A stretch of DNA of 64,000 nt from Eledone cirrhosa (GCA_964016885.1 OZ024741.1:365056001-365120000), one strand, 5' to 3'; numbered from the stretch's first letter, positions 12,900 to 27,800 are shown. A program made the numbers and translations. The notes: generated by a model not told the origin, from the letters alone.

Positions 12900-13160
12900 T
12901 AAACAAATGAGGTCGTGTAGGTGTCACGACAAAAAAACACACAGTCCACGCTGTAATGTGACCGTGTAGGTAACACGGTAAAAACCTCCCAGTCTACACT
13001 GTAAACGTGGTTGGTGTTAGGAAGGGCATCCAGCCGTAGAAAACCTGCCACACAGTCCTATACGAGCAAGACAACCAATCTTGCCTCAAGTGGGAAACTT
13101 CCCGTCCAAACACATGCTAGCGTGGAAGATGGACGTTAAACGATGATGATGATGATGATG
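12900..13160 (+). mobile_element. SINE 3' portion with (GAT)n tail
   Basis: GTGGTTGGTGTTAGGAAGGGCATCCAGCCGTAGAAAACCTGCCA...GGACGTTAAACGATGATGAT. Confidence 0.65.
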
Positions 13161-13184
13161 ATATGTATACATACATACTTACAT

Positions 13185-13682
13185 ACATGATAGCTGCAAA
13201 CGATGCTAAGAATACTGCAATCACTTTTAGGCCAATAGCCCAAACCTGTAACAGGCCCTGAACAAGCAATGCCTGTGTTTTGAAGGTGTTTTAAGTGGGA
13301 AAAGGCCTTGCACTCGACCAATCCCACTCTCTGAGCATCGCAAACACTACCCGAAAAGGAAAACTGGTCAACATCATCGGATGCTCCCGAAGCCGCAGGT
13401 ATCTTTTTCAGAGTTTCCCTTTCTTAGAAAGGTGTTGTGATAACAACTGGGGGCCTTTCACTCGCAGGTTAAAAAAAAGTACTACTTAGATGGCCATTGA
13501 TTCTGCTGAGTTCCTCCCCCCTTTGCCAGGTCTTGTATTACTTCCCACAGCGTGTCCAAATATGACCCACCTCACCAAGCTAGCTTGGTGGGGCTGCCGG
13601 TTTAGACGCCGACGACCCGACCATCAAACAGGTTGTACTGGGTTACATGTTATCAGTAGCACTCGAGAGGGACCTGTCACAC
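13185..13682 (-). mobile_element. (TATG)n-embedded non-coding element, subfamily 2
   Basis: Leader homologous to 13913-14520; ends GCAGCTATCATG-(TATG)n. Confidence 0.7.
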
Positions 13683-13734
13683 TTATATACATACATGCAT
13701 GCATACATATATACATTCGTAGATACGTACATAC

Positions 13735-13848
13735 ATGATGGCTACAAACTCTGCTAAGAATAGATGTGTGACGCTCTGGCTTTCCAGGCCTGCTAGAGAC
13801 TTGCACTCCTTCGCACATTGACGACACCTATGGATATCCCTGACCTCA
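13735..13848 (-). mobile_element. Truncated (TATG)n-embedded element
   Basis: Ends GTAGCCATCATG-(TATG)n; (CATA)n on both sides. Confidence 0.55.
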
Positions 13849-13912
13849 TACATACATACATACATACATACATACATACATACATACATACATACATAGA
13901 TACATACATACA

Positions 13913-14520
13913 TGGTGGCTACCAATTCGTTTTCGAGTACGGCCACTACTTTATATCCATGTAGGAGAACCCCTACCGATGCGCTCAACGAGTGTGACTT
14001 TTTAGTCTAGCCAGCGACTTGAAAACTCTGGTACAAACACTACACTTGTGACAATTATTGACACATAGTGCTGGGCCCATGGTACCATGTGACGACAAGT
14101 GCAGAGAGATCTCCAGATATAAAGCAATGCCTGTGCCGTGAAGCTTTTATAGTGAGCAAAGGCACTGCACAAAGCCTGTCCCACTCTCTTAACCAATATG
14201 ATATTTACCAAAAAGAAGAACAAGTTAACATCATTGGATACCATCAGAGTTGCAGGTGTTATATCAGAGTTTTCCTTCTCCTAGAATTCTGCCTTGACAA
14301 ATGCTAAGGGGTCATCTCTCCCGGTGATTTTGGATGGCCATTGACTCTTAAGAGCTCATTTTCCCTTTGACAGGTTTTGTTTTTAGTCCTGCAGGATGTC
14401 CAAAGTCACCCTCCTAACCAAGAAACCTTGGTGGGGTTGCCAGTTTAGTCGCCAACGACCCGACCATGAGACAGGTTGTACTGGATGCATGTTACCAGTA
14501 GCACCAACTGGTGACCTGAC
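13913..14520 (-). mobile_element. (TATG)n-embedded ~610-bp non-coding element, subfamily 1
   Basis: Near-identical inverted copy at 50863-51470; both bounded by TATG/CATA runs. Confidence 0.85.
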
Positions 14521-14762
14521 ATACATACATACGTACATACATACATATTTTTGCGGAAGACGAAACATGTCATTGGTCCGTCCTCTTATCTACAACTCAC
14601 ATTGAAATAGGTATGTTAAATAACAACCTTATTATTTAAGATGCTGTCTGATGAATTCGTGTTGCTTGTGGCTTGATGACAGCATTACGCAATAATACAC
14701 ACCATAGAAATATGTACGACGGTAGATTCTGAATAAAATGACCTATAGCTTCTGCAATTATC

Positions 14763-14785
<23 letters not shown>

Positions 14786-14797
<12 letters not shown>

Positions 14798-15002
14798 TAA
14801 ATTTGAAGACTAAAATCCAAAGAGGGCCCGATAAGGATAAATATATATCAAATATATAAGAATCGTAGAGCAAATATTTATTAAAATAACAGATTAAAGT
14901 TTAAGCAAAGAATCGCTGCTTTCACCCTTAACGGGATCTTCTGAAACTAACCAGGTTGAAAGGGTGAAAGCAGCGATTCTTTGCTTAAACTTTAATCTGT
15001 TA

Positions 15003-15010
<8 letters not shown>
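14786..15010 (-). mobile_element. Foldback 3'-end fragment of the PLE family at 20060-20903
   Basis: Arms ~14879-14928/14959-15010; matches 20835-20903, 39140-39200 and 63280-63330. Confidence 0.8.
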
Positions 15011-15093
<83 letters not shown>

Positions 15094-15100
<7 letters not shown>

Positions 15101-15760
15101 ATGTTGAAAAGGTAACACACCAGAGAGAGATATACAGTGCGCTATCAATAAAACAGGGAAAAAACCACCAGTGTATGGAATCTATAACCTATGAAAGGCA
15201 GACTATAGACACGATAATTAAAAATATAAATTAAAGCGTAAATAAATACCTCTATAACTATATAACACACGTACAAATCCAAAGATATGTTTCGCCCGTA
15301 ATTTGTTGACAGAAATGGAGTAACCTCGGTTCATCAGCGTGTGTAAGGCTATACATTTCAGACAACACTAAGAGAATTTTAAAAATGACTGTCCAGCTAC
15401 ACGTGGGAGAGAGAAGTCACAGCGTGTTTAAGGGCAGTGAACTAGTGGCCTCTGAGGGACGAGCTGCTAGAAAGGGCAGCCCAGAACCACTCAGAGAAGT
15501 GTGCTCAACCCAACAGAGAGATAGGAAAGACTGTTATAAGGAGCGAAGTATCACGATAAATTAACGGAGCCATAGGCCCTCGCCATTCCCTGTAAATAAT
15601 GTGCTCAAAGGAGAAGTCCTGAGTTCTTTAAAATACAATATGTTGAAATAAAGTGAAATAAAGTGCCTTGTATTTTAAAGAGCTCAGGACTTCTTCTCCT
15701 TTGAGCACATTATTTACAGGGAATGGCGACGGCCTATGGCTCCGTTAATTTATCGTGATA
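15094..15760 (-). mobile_element. Terminally redundant (~540-nt) element with an inversion and a hammerhead-like fold
   Basis: TACAATATGTTGAAA at 15094 and ~15634; inverted arms ~15549-15637/15668-15760; minus strand CTGATGA-accg...cgggc-GAAAC at 15285-15337. Confidence 0.65.
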
Positions 15761-16019
15761 CATATATATATATATATACGTTCAATATTAGAAAAAGTAA
15801 ATGATATGAAATTAATATTTAATCTTTCATTTCTACGTTTGTTTCAATATGGCCACAATATCACATTCAATTGTAGAACAACAGGGAATTATCAATTAAC
15901 AATTACCTACACCATACATGTTACATACTAATCGTATATATTAAGAAGTGCGCTAACAGCCGACGTATATGATATAGTTATATCAGTATAAATACGAATA
16001 GGCATGAAGATATCAATAT

Positions 16020-16345
16020 CAAGGTGATCCCCCTTCGGTCACGAACGACCATGGGATTTGTACCTAGAAGGTTTTCCCCCGAGGCACAAGTCCGGAAAAG
16101 ATTGTTTGTAAAAGAAGAGCAGTTGCAGTGACTATGCTTTTCATGTCTCTCCTCTTCACGCCACCGATGTTGTCCAAGAGAAAGGTAAGGGTAGATATAG
16201 CTTGGCACCAGTGACGGCGCAACTCATTTTTACAGTTGAGTAAACTGGAGCAACGTGAAATAAAGTGCCTTGCTCAAGGACACAACGCATCAGCCGGACC
16301 AAGAATCGAAGTTACAAACTCAAGCCCAACGTTCTAACTATGTGC
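16020..16345 (-). mobile_element. tRNA-derived SINE (second family)
   Basis: ACTGGAGCAACGTGAAATAAAGTGCCTTGCTCAAGGACACAACGC; related copies at 18405-18520(+), 33285-33560(-) and 35640-35940(+). Confidence 0.7.
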
Positions 16346-16608
16346 CCCGATTGTAATGCACTGTCGAGGTCAATGCTACTGAAACATATATGTCCATCAA
16401 AACATGCTTGCTTGTGGTTGATTGGATTATGTACTCGTCTTCAGATGAGAGTCCAATTAGATCCGAAAATCGATTAAAGATAGTTGTTATTTTTTCCATT
16501 TCCATGAAAATTACTATATTTTGGCATACATATTTGATAAATTTAACTACATTGGTGCACTCTAGGTTATACATTCTGTATTTATGCAGATATAACATAT
16601 ATATATAA

Positions 16609-17130
16609 CTAGCTGAGGTAACCGACTTCGCCCGAGAGAACAGTCTAGAGAAGACGGATAAAAGAGAAAACGACTGTATTGGATGTGTTGTCTGGCATGA
16701 GGTGAGACGATAATGTGTGTGTGTGAGAGAGACATAAAAAAGAACAATCATAAAACTCCCTTATTAGGTTGGGGGAGTAAACTGCCGATTAAATTGTAGC
16801 ATTGGCCTTGGATTTTAAAGGTTATGAAATAACCATAGTCAGTATGATCTTTTTCAGCTCCAAAGAACGTCATCTGAAACACAGCAATATACTGCATAAC
16901 ATTGCTTCTGAAGTGTTTAGCTTTGTTAGTACGGTCTGTAAGTAGTATATGGTTAAAAACTGGAGGGTAAATTAATTTCAAATAGTATAAATTTTTCTTT
17001 GTTCTGTAAAATAAAAGACTGTAAAACGAATTTTTTAAAAGCTAACGCAATATTGTTAAACCTCCCCATTGATCAAGGTTCTATAGTTTAAGCCGATTCT
17101 AGACTTTTGTGGGACAAAACTCTCTCTCTC
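16609..17130 (-). mobile_element. Helitron derivative retaining a RepHel N-terminal coding fragment
   Basis: ORF 16748-16981 KHFRSN..Y..VFQMTFFGA..FKIQGQCYNLIGSLLP matches the Helitron RepHel N-terminal motif; GC-rich hairpin then CTAG end at 16609 inside a TA run; left (5') boundary uncertain. Confidence 0.75.
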
Positions 17131-17922
17131 TAAATATCTAACACTTTAATTGTATCTCTCCCTGTATAACGGCGTATCTCTTTCTGCCTCTCCCCGTGTG
17201 TCTATCTCTCTTTAGATGTGTATGTATTTGTGCGTGCGCGTGTGTGTGTGCGTGTATGTGTGTGTGTGTGTGTGTGTAGTTAACGTGTGATTCAACCAAC
17301 CAGCCAACCAGGCAACCAATAAACATCTTTCTTTTATATTATATATAAAGTTATATCTGTATACACACTCACACACACACGCAGACACACATAGACACAC
17401 ACACCACACACACACATACATACACACATATATATTTATATACGGGCACCTTTATATTTCTATATTTATCTATATTCTTGAAAAGGTTTTATAAGCAAGC
17501 TCAACTTACAAGAAGTAATATTGTTTTAAATGATATATATCAGTGTTCTTCAATATAATTGTCAATACAGCAGAATGTTTTCTATTGGGTGATTACGCAT
17601 ATAATACATAATTTATCCTTCCATCTACCTTTATTCAGATTAATACTACAATCCATCACATCTTTCCAACACCAAATTACTACAATATATATATAATAAA
17701 AATTCGTCTTACCAATTAAACCAGTATTGATGAAACTTAGAGTTAAACAGTCACTTTTGATATTAAATATTACTTTCAAATCAATATTCAGAGAATGTTT
17801 AGTGTATTTAAGTGCACATAGCTATACAACAAAATGTTATATGTAAACACTCATACACCCACAACCCCCCCACAAATATTTTTATATATGTATATATATA
17901 TATTTGTATATATATATGTATG

Positions 17923-17970
<48 letters not shown>

Positions 17971-17980
17971 CACATGTGTG

Positions 17981-18011
<31 letters not shown>

Positions 18012-18404
18012 ATGTATATGATTAAGTATACATAATGATGATACTAAACTAGGCTGGAAGCCTTCAAAAGAACTAAAGACACAAGACATTTTAATAATGT
18101 AGATATCTAAGACGACACGTACAGGTGTAGAAGGAACACTTTCACACCGAATGTTAATTTACGTGCAACTTTATAATTTATCGATATTCAATCTTCTAAG
18201 CAGAATTCAGATACAATGTTATAAGAAATTTTAAGCAAACAGTATTTAAATTGAATGAAAAACATTAAAATAGAACATATGTTAAATGGGCTTCTCCTTT
18301 TCTATAGGTACTTCAGTGCGTGTAATAAGATAAACAGTGTTACATATATGATAGGCAGCTGTATTGGAAGGCAATTAATTTTTTTCTATGTATGTAATAT
18401 ATGT

Positions 18405-18690
18405 GCCTGGCTTAGTGGTTAGGGAGTTGAATTCGCAATCGTGAGTTTGCGCGTTTAATTCTCGGACCGGGTGATGCGTTGAGTCCTTGAACAAGAGACT
18501 TTATTTCGTGTTGCACTTTCTGACAGGAGTTGCGACCGGTAGATAGCATCAACAATTGGAAAGACCAATGGAAACATTGTTTCCGTGGTCCGATTTCATG
18601 AGGTTCACTCCAATCAGCAAGCGAATGAGGTTTTGGATCTTGTCCACCAATCAGAGCGAGCGTATGTATAGGTACACATTCATATCCAAC
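18405..18690 (+). mobile_element. tRNA-derived SINE (second family), degenerate
   Basis: TGGCTTAGTGGTTAGGG A box and tRNA-like head. Confidence 0.55.
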
Positions 18691-18849
18691 CAAGCACACA
18701 CACATAAACATGCGCGTACACACACGCAACACACACACATACATAACCATACACACTTACACTCACAGACACACACACATATATTGGTATGAAATTTGTA
18801 GAAATTTGTCTTTTTTCAATAAATTTCTACAAATATGATATTTGATGAC

Positions 18850-18944
<95 letters not shown>

Positions 18945-19162
18945 GAATAATCGAGTATCGAAAAAACGGCGCACGAGTTAACGATAAACAAAATTCGAAA
19001 TGAGCGGCAGAGGGCTCAATAATTCAGATAAATCAGAGCTACAACTATCGTTAAAATACCGACACACATAGAACATGTCTAAAATCAACCATACGACCGA
19101 AAAATTACGATCTGGAAGATTCGGGACACTCAGATAAAATATCAATAAATCAATAAATCAAA

Positions 19163-19205
<43 letters not shown>

Positions 19206-19210
19206 TTATA

Positions 19211-19324
19211 TAGGAACGAGTAGGACCCCGACGGCTGAGCTCAATTACCCACTCTAATACCCTAAATATTGAGTACTTTGGTGCGTTATGGTCCATCTGG
19301 TTCCTTACCACATTTCCTTCGTTA
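19211..19324 (+). mobile_element. Family C element, truncated copy
   Basis: Short inverted arm joined directly to the family tail; TA runs on both sides. Confidence 0.8.
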
Positions 19325-19331
19325 TATTTAT

Positions 19332-19424
<93 letters not shown>

Positions 19425-19430
<6 letters not shown>

Positions 19431-19850
19431 ATACTTTGGGTCATTAGTTGCGCATATTCTGTCATTTACGTTGGCAATCATCAGAGCTACGTATTGACCT
19501 CTTCCGCCGAAAATTATAGAAGCTGGATTCTCATACAATTCCAGTAATAATCAGGAGCTGATTATACAGAGCGATTGCGGTATATTGCCAAATATAGTAT
19601 GCATACATTCATGTATACATCGCTATTTCAGAGCACCAATCCTAATACTTAATTTTTGCTGGACCGGCAATCGCTCTGTATAATCAGCTCCTGATTATTA
19701 CTAGAATTCTATAAGAATCCAGCTTCTATAATTTTCGGCGGAAGAGGGCAGTACGTAGCTCAGATGATTGCCAACAGCATGAAACAGACTGTAAGCTTGT
19801 CTGCCTTCTTTCGCCGAAAAGAAGTAAGTCACATAGTCACTACTTTAAAA
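19425..19850 (+). mobile_element. Retrozyme-like ~300-nt unit with an inverted arm; same family as 62580-63160
   Basis: Arms ~19468-19578/19668-19775; agct-CAGATGA-ttgc-caaca-gcat-GAAAC-agact-GTA-agct at 19757-19797; the inverted arm retains CTGATGA. Confidence 0.75.
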
Positions 19851-19859
19851 ATGATAGCG

Positions 19860-20897
19860 TAAGGTCTTCAGGGTTGCACGTGTTCCTACGGCTAGGTAGT
19901 TTAGCTAAATTTGAAGCTGTGATGTTATGTGCAAGGTTAGGAGTCGTAGAGTAAGAAATTTTAATAGTATTTCTATTAAAAAATTTACTCTGTTTATGTG
20001 TAGAGGGAAAATGCTTCGTAATAACCGAAAGAAAGATCTTAGCTAATGGTGTGGCCGCCTTATTACGAAGCATTTTCCCCCTACACATAAACAGAGTAAA
20101 ATTTTAATAGAAATACTATTAAAATTTCTTACTCTACGATTCCTAACCTTGCACATAACATCACAGCTAAACTACCTAGCCGTAGGAACACGTGCAACCC
20201 TGTAGTTAGTACTAACTGTAATTGTAGGAATCGGGTTGATTGCCCCCTATCCGGGAAATGCCTCTCTAATAACATTGTCTACAAATGTAAGGTTGAAACA
20301 CCCACGTCCCGTAGGGTCTACATAGGGTTAACCGCCAATAGATTCAAGCACCGTCTTTACATGCATACCCATTCTTTTCGTTATCTTCTAAGAAGGAATA
20401 TGACGTCACTTTCAGCTTATATCTGGAGTCTAAAAGACAACCACACCCAATGTAAGTTACACTGTGAGATCCAAGCTAGGGCTAGATCGTATAACGGAAA
20501 TAAAAGACCATGTGACCTCTGCGCCGCTGAGGCCCTGGAAATACTCTACGCCACAGACCATATCTTAAACAAAAAATCTGAGGCAATTTCGGCTTGTAAA
20601 CATAAATTGCACAAAACTTTCCTGTATTACAGCCCCACGTTATACCCTAACGGATAGTACGATCTATACGTGGATATTTTACGTCTTGATGTGGTAGCTA
20701 CGTATATGTTTTGTTTATACCATTACTTATTTGCATAAGGAACATTTCCACGAACCAAAGTATCGTCTTCCTGTCTTCCTCCGGTTGCAACATTTTTTGA
20801 AATATCCACCTCTGCGTTTACAGATTGACTTTGTTAGTTTCAGAAGATCCCGTTAAGGGTGAAAGCAGCGATTCTTTGCTTAAACTTTAATCTGTTA

Positions 20898-20903
<6 letters not shown>
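19860..20903 (+). mobile_element. 5'-truncated Penelope-like element with 5' inversion; GIY-YIG endonuclease remnant
   Basis: CNCRNRVDCPLSGKCLSNNIVYKC...VYIGLTANRFKHR...SLSAYIWSLKD...CDLCAAE at ~20217-20657; 19870-20025 is an inverted copy of 20060-20200; ends in (TA)n. Confidence 0.85.
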
Positions 20904-20968
<65 letters not shown>

Positions 20969-21115
20969 ATTAGAATACTGGAGCGTGTTGGAGTTAAACA
21001 CCCTCTTCGTATTATAGAAATGACAGTAAAAGGTATAGCTGAATGCAGTTAAACAGAGCCAAAAAATTAAGAGAGTAAAACAAAGAATCCTTTAATACAT
21101 CAAAAGTTTTTATTA

Positions 21116-21153
21116 GCCGACAATGTTTCGTCCTATTAAGGACTCATCAGGGC
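21116..21153 (-). ncRNA. Canonical minimal type I hammerhead ribozyme
   Basis: gcc-CTGATGA-gtcc-ttaata-ggac-GAAAC-att-GTC-ggc. Confidence 0.9.
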
Positions 21154-21523
21154 AATCAAAACAACAAGAAGTAATATCGGCAGATACAAGCCGGAAGCTC
21201 CGAAGAATATGGAGTGTACATACACTAAAGTCTTGCAAAAATATATGATAATAAAAATAAAAATAAAAATAAAAATAAAAATAAAAATAAAAATAATAAA
21301 AATATATAATAAGAATAACTAAGGATGTATATAACATTAAGAACCATATTACAAATATAGTCCAAAGCAACTAACCTAAATCTAAACAAAATTGGTTATA
21401 TAGAGCAGGAATTATATATAGCACAATGTAATATAACATAATACATTATAATAATATACCTTTACCAACATTAAAATTACAATTAAAAATCAAAAGGTAC
21501 AATATATACATGTATATATGTGC

Positions 21524-21556
<33 letters not shown>

Positions 21557-21959
21557 ACAATACGCACATCTATGTTCAACTACACAAATTAAGCCTTATT
21601 AGAAGTTTGAATATAAAAATAAGCATGATAAGAGTGAAAATAATACCAATACATCTACCCAATATACATGAGGCAATAATATGATATAATTACAAGAGAC
21701 ACATATAATAAATAATAAACAATAAAATTATATAATTCAATATAATATAATAGATAATCCCCGGTTAATTTACAGAAACAATATAGATGTCACAATAAAA
21801 TACAATGATAATATGTTAACAGTGTACTAACATTTACAATAAACAATATATACAAATCGATTCATACTGGGTTACAGAGTAAATGAGGAAAAATAAATTA
21901 TATAATACTCAAAAAAACATTATAATGGTACAGGAAAAATTATGATGGTACAGAAAAAA

Positions 21960-22145
21960 ATATACAGACATCTTACATGATATGTAAAGTCTAAATATCA
22001 TAATGTTACATATAATGAACAGTAAGTAATAAGGATCAATATTACAATATTACAAATATACAGACATCCTACATGATATATAAAGTTAAAATATCATAAT
22101 GTTACATATAATGAACAGTAAGTAATAAGGATCAATATTACAATA
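21960..22145. repeat. ~95-bp tandem duplication in the PLE 3' region
   Basis: ATATACAGACATC..CAATATTACAATA present twice. Confidence 0.8.
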
Positions 22146-23080
22146 CAATATAATATAATATATTATAAATTGACATAAAATAATATATAAATACTTATAA
22201 TTACAAGGTTAGTAGACAGACATATGTGGATGTGTAAGTAAAGCCAGACAGTGAATAATAAATAGAATATAGAATAAAATAAATAAATATAATCAACCGG
22301 AAATTACAAAACAAAAGCAAATATATACACACTTAGGCCTCACATGCGGTTAAGAAGTTAGGTAAACACTAAGGAAAACAATCATTTTAATGACTCAAAA
22401 CCCTATTTGATAAATTAATATTAAAAATATCAAAACTATCCAATAAGGTAGTATAATATTAGCTGTAGTTTAAGTCATTAAAGTTTATAAACTTTAATGT
22501 TTCGTTACAAATGTTTACAAAAAGGAATGAAATTTTTTACTATCATATACGTAACGATATCTAAAAAACTGACTTACGTAGAATTAAGGTAGGCTAATGG
22601 GGACAGAATTGATGAAATATATGGAGGGTGCGAAGGGGCATAAAATATAGTCGATATACTATAATATATAATAGAACAGAGCGTAAAAGAGGGGGGGGGT
22701 AAATATAATCATAGTCAATCTGGAGGGGTTGACAATAAGTTTATGTGCGCATGGGGGGTGGGGTGGGTGGGGGGGGGGGGGGGTTATCCAAAGATGAATC
22801 TGAATAAAATAAAAAATAAAAATAGAATTAAAAATAAAATTAATAATAAAAATAAAAATAAAAATAAAGATAATAATAGAATAACATAAGTGGCGTAAAG
22901 TGCGTAATCTTATATATATTAACAAGGTGTAATAGTGAAAACATAGATATGGTACAGTAGCCAAATGATTATGAGAGCTAGAATGAAGAGTTATCAAAAA
23001 CCAATGGTAATAATGATGATAACAATAATGTTGGCAAACAAAAGAACCTAAACTAAAAACTAAGTAATGGAATATATCTG

Positions 23081-24458
23081 CTAATGGGTACAATTTGTAC
23101 TACTAGAACGTTTGGGTTTATAATAAAAATAAGAATTAGAAATGGCGTGGGGGCAAGAAGAGAATAACTCAGACTTTCTATTAAGTAAGGATACGCTAGA
23201 GAAAATTATAGAGTGTGTCTCAAGTATACAGAGATTACAAAACTTACTATGTGTAGAAAGGTGGTTAGAGCGTGCTACTAAACGCCAGTTAAGGCTATAT
23301 GGTATATAAGCTCCCTTAAGATCCCAGATATAATGCGCTAAAGAAGTAGAATTCTTAAACCTAACATGTTTGAAGTTAGAGATATGAGAGTTAAACCTAG
23401 TCTTAAAAGTGTTTGAAGTAGATCCTATATAAGTTCTATTAGAGGAATTAGTTATAACTTCGCAAGCGTAGACAATGTTCTTAGAAAGGCAGTTACCGTT
23501 TAGAGGGCAGTTAGCACTCACTCTGCAATTGCACTTCCGGGTGTTATTGGTTGGCTCGAGTGGTGATGTATTACACGTAGGACCTCTATTAGATAAGGAC
23601 TGTTCTGGTGGTAAAGCATTGTCAGATCCGTTCAGACTAGTAGTATGTAGAGAGGAGAATCCATCCCTAATTTTCCTATTATTAGTGCTAGCTAAATGAG
23701 AACTAATATTAGGGGTGGTAGAGAATGTGAGTTTAATAACATTTTTATTAAAAATACCATGGTATTTATGAGAAGGGGGGAAATTTTTCTCTAAGATAGT
23801 GAAGAAAGACCTAGGGATATTAGTTGATACATCCTGATTATATGGCGGGTTGAAATAAGTATTTAATCGCCTTCTATTTTTATTTTTATTCATACCGACC
23901 CTACCTTTATCAAATGTCCCACCGTCGAGACTAGGGTTACTATCAGGATTAGTTGAAGCCACATTCATAGAATCAGCCATAATTTCGTTATGTCTATTAT
24001 AGTTTCTACCTCCAGTAGATCTGCTGCTGTCCGGAATCCCTTCAAGAGGATTAGGGCCAATGATAGGATCAGTAGGAGCAACATTAAGAATAAGATCCAG
24101 CAAAACCAACACCAATGCGTGAGCGCACAGGGGGTTCAACTTGTCTCCTAGAGGTATTATATTTGCTATTACGAGTCCGGTGGGTTAACTTATGGGTGGG
24201 TTCAGATACGCCTATATAATTTCTACGGTTACTATATTTGCTACTCCCATTCATGGCCATGTTATATGATATAATGTTATTATTATTAAGAGTAAGCGGA
24301 GACTTTCTAAGGTTACTATTATTATAATTTATTTTACTAGAGTGACCTGAATTTGCTAGGGCATTATTGTAGTACTCCGCATGTTCATTAAATGTTCCTA
24401 TGTCCTTAGAGAGTGTGGAAATCCTATTAGATACGCCCTTAATTATAGAGTTTATCAT
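23081..24458 (-). pseudogene. PLE RT C-terminus/linker/GIY-YIG endonuclease, frameshifted
   Basis: ORFs 24084-24458 and 23081-24139; NIVYAC...TYIGSTSNTFKTRFNSH...CNLCILE...LLNRKSE. Confidence 0.9.
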
Positions 24459-24539
24459 AGACTTAGGGTGGTTAGAGTTGGGGCTAACATAAGAAATATT
24501 TTGAGTTAATATATCTATATATATATATATATATAGATA

Positions 24540-24875
24540 TATTAACTCAAAATATTAACAAAATAGATATTCTTGTGATCAAGTATATTTTATTATACAT
24601 ATTTCAGAGGTACTGAGTTAAGTTCAACAGTACGTCCTCATCAGATAAAATAAGATGATGCATGACATACCCTGACATAGTAGATTGTTAAGATTCAGTC
24701 ATGGTAGTGAGTAATATATGACAAAACTCAATATTTATATACCTTAATATTGCGAATATGAGAAAAATATATAATACATACAATACAGAGGGTGCGTGTG
24801 AGACAGCTTAAAAAATACATGGCATCAATATAACTGTTAAAAAATTTAAATTACTGAAACTCATTGTTTTACTTT

Positions 24876-24880
<5 letters not shown>
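24540..24880 (-). mobile_element. (TA)n-embedded element with degenerate hammerhead-like fold
   Basis: Minus strand CTGATGA-ggacg-tactg..cagta-cctct-GAAAT-at-GTA at ~24595-24644; helix I poor. Confidence 0.4.
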
Positions 24881-26573
<1,693 letters not shown>

Positions 26574-26858
26574 TTTTTTTAGTTATGTAATAAACAACAT
26601 AAGATAATTATTTCATTTACCAGTGGTTTCTTGAAAACAGATATATCTGTTTTCAGTCGTCAGAATGAATAAAACATGGTGTTTTTATTAAATATGGATT
26701 TGAAAACAAAATATGAGAAATATGAAAGTGATGCTGAGGAAACAACGGGCCAAGAAGAAGAGAAAAAAAGAAAAAAAGAAAAATACATATGTATATATAA
26801 AAACAATAAATATATAAACATACATACACTCAACACGTGCATACACACACACACACAG

Positions 26859-27170
<312 letters not shown>

Positions 27171-27559
27171 TATGTTTGTTTGTTACCCTCACTATTATAA
27201 GACTTATCATATATAAAGTTAGACAGAGGAAACGTTATATAAAGATTGATAGACACTTCTGCAAGTAAGCAATACGGAAAATGACGTGAGTTCACGTGGT
27301 GCGCGCATTAGTTGTTGTTCGGAATTGTTACCGATTTCGATTTTATTTTGAGTATCATTGCTTATGAGTTAAAGAAAATCATGACAGTGTAAAAATCGAC
27401 TTCAATATCGAATTGGTTCATTATCTATCGACCTCGAAAGTAAAAAATACAAAGTTGCCCTCGCTAGGATTTGAACTCAGAGCGCAAAAAGGCCGAACGA
27501 ATACCATGAAGCATTCTATTCGATGTACTTTAGGTTCTAAATCCTGTAGAAATTGTCTG

Positions 27560-27800
27560 GCCGCTTCCTCTTCGCACCGGTCGCCGTCGAGACCTCAGGC
27601 GTACTTGGACCCCGTACTGCGGAGCTCCTCCCTCAGGCGTACTTGGAACCTGTACTCCCGAGCTCCTCCACAAGATCGAAGCTGTCGGCGGCCTGTCTGT
27701 GGAGGGAGCAGCGCGAGTTTGGGTGGTTGTTGCAGCGGGTGTCACTGGCTATCGTCAGGGGAAATGCTTTTGCTGTTTTGTCCGGCTCCCTGCCCAAAGC
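27560..27800 (+). pseudogene. CRE-like non-LTR retrotransposon, restriction-like endonuclease C-terminal fragment
   Basis: FAPVAVETSGVLGP...LLQRVSLAIVRGNA; internal duplication CCTCAGGCGTACTTGGA. Confidence 0.7.

Larger units (their letters stand above)
20965..24510 (-). mobile_element. Penelope-like element (Neptune-like), 5'-truncated, ~2-kb AT-rich 3' region
   Basis: RT thumb (SNHP..IIKGVSNRISTLS), YFNPPY, CNC..CPLNGNC, YIG motifs; 3' hammerhead; TA runs at both ends. Confidence 0.9.

Noticed and set aside
14550-14686. CTGATGA inside an ATGCTGTC/GACAGCAT stem, with an upstream GAAACATGTC
   Set aside because: The two core halves are in the wrong order with no joining helix II; at most a rearranged remnant
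20835-20880. CAGAAGA-tccc-gttaa-gggt-GAAAG hammerhead-like motif at a PLE 3' end
   Set aside because: No NUH site or helix I readable in any copy here; not counted as a ribozyme
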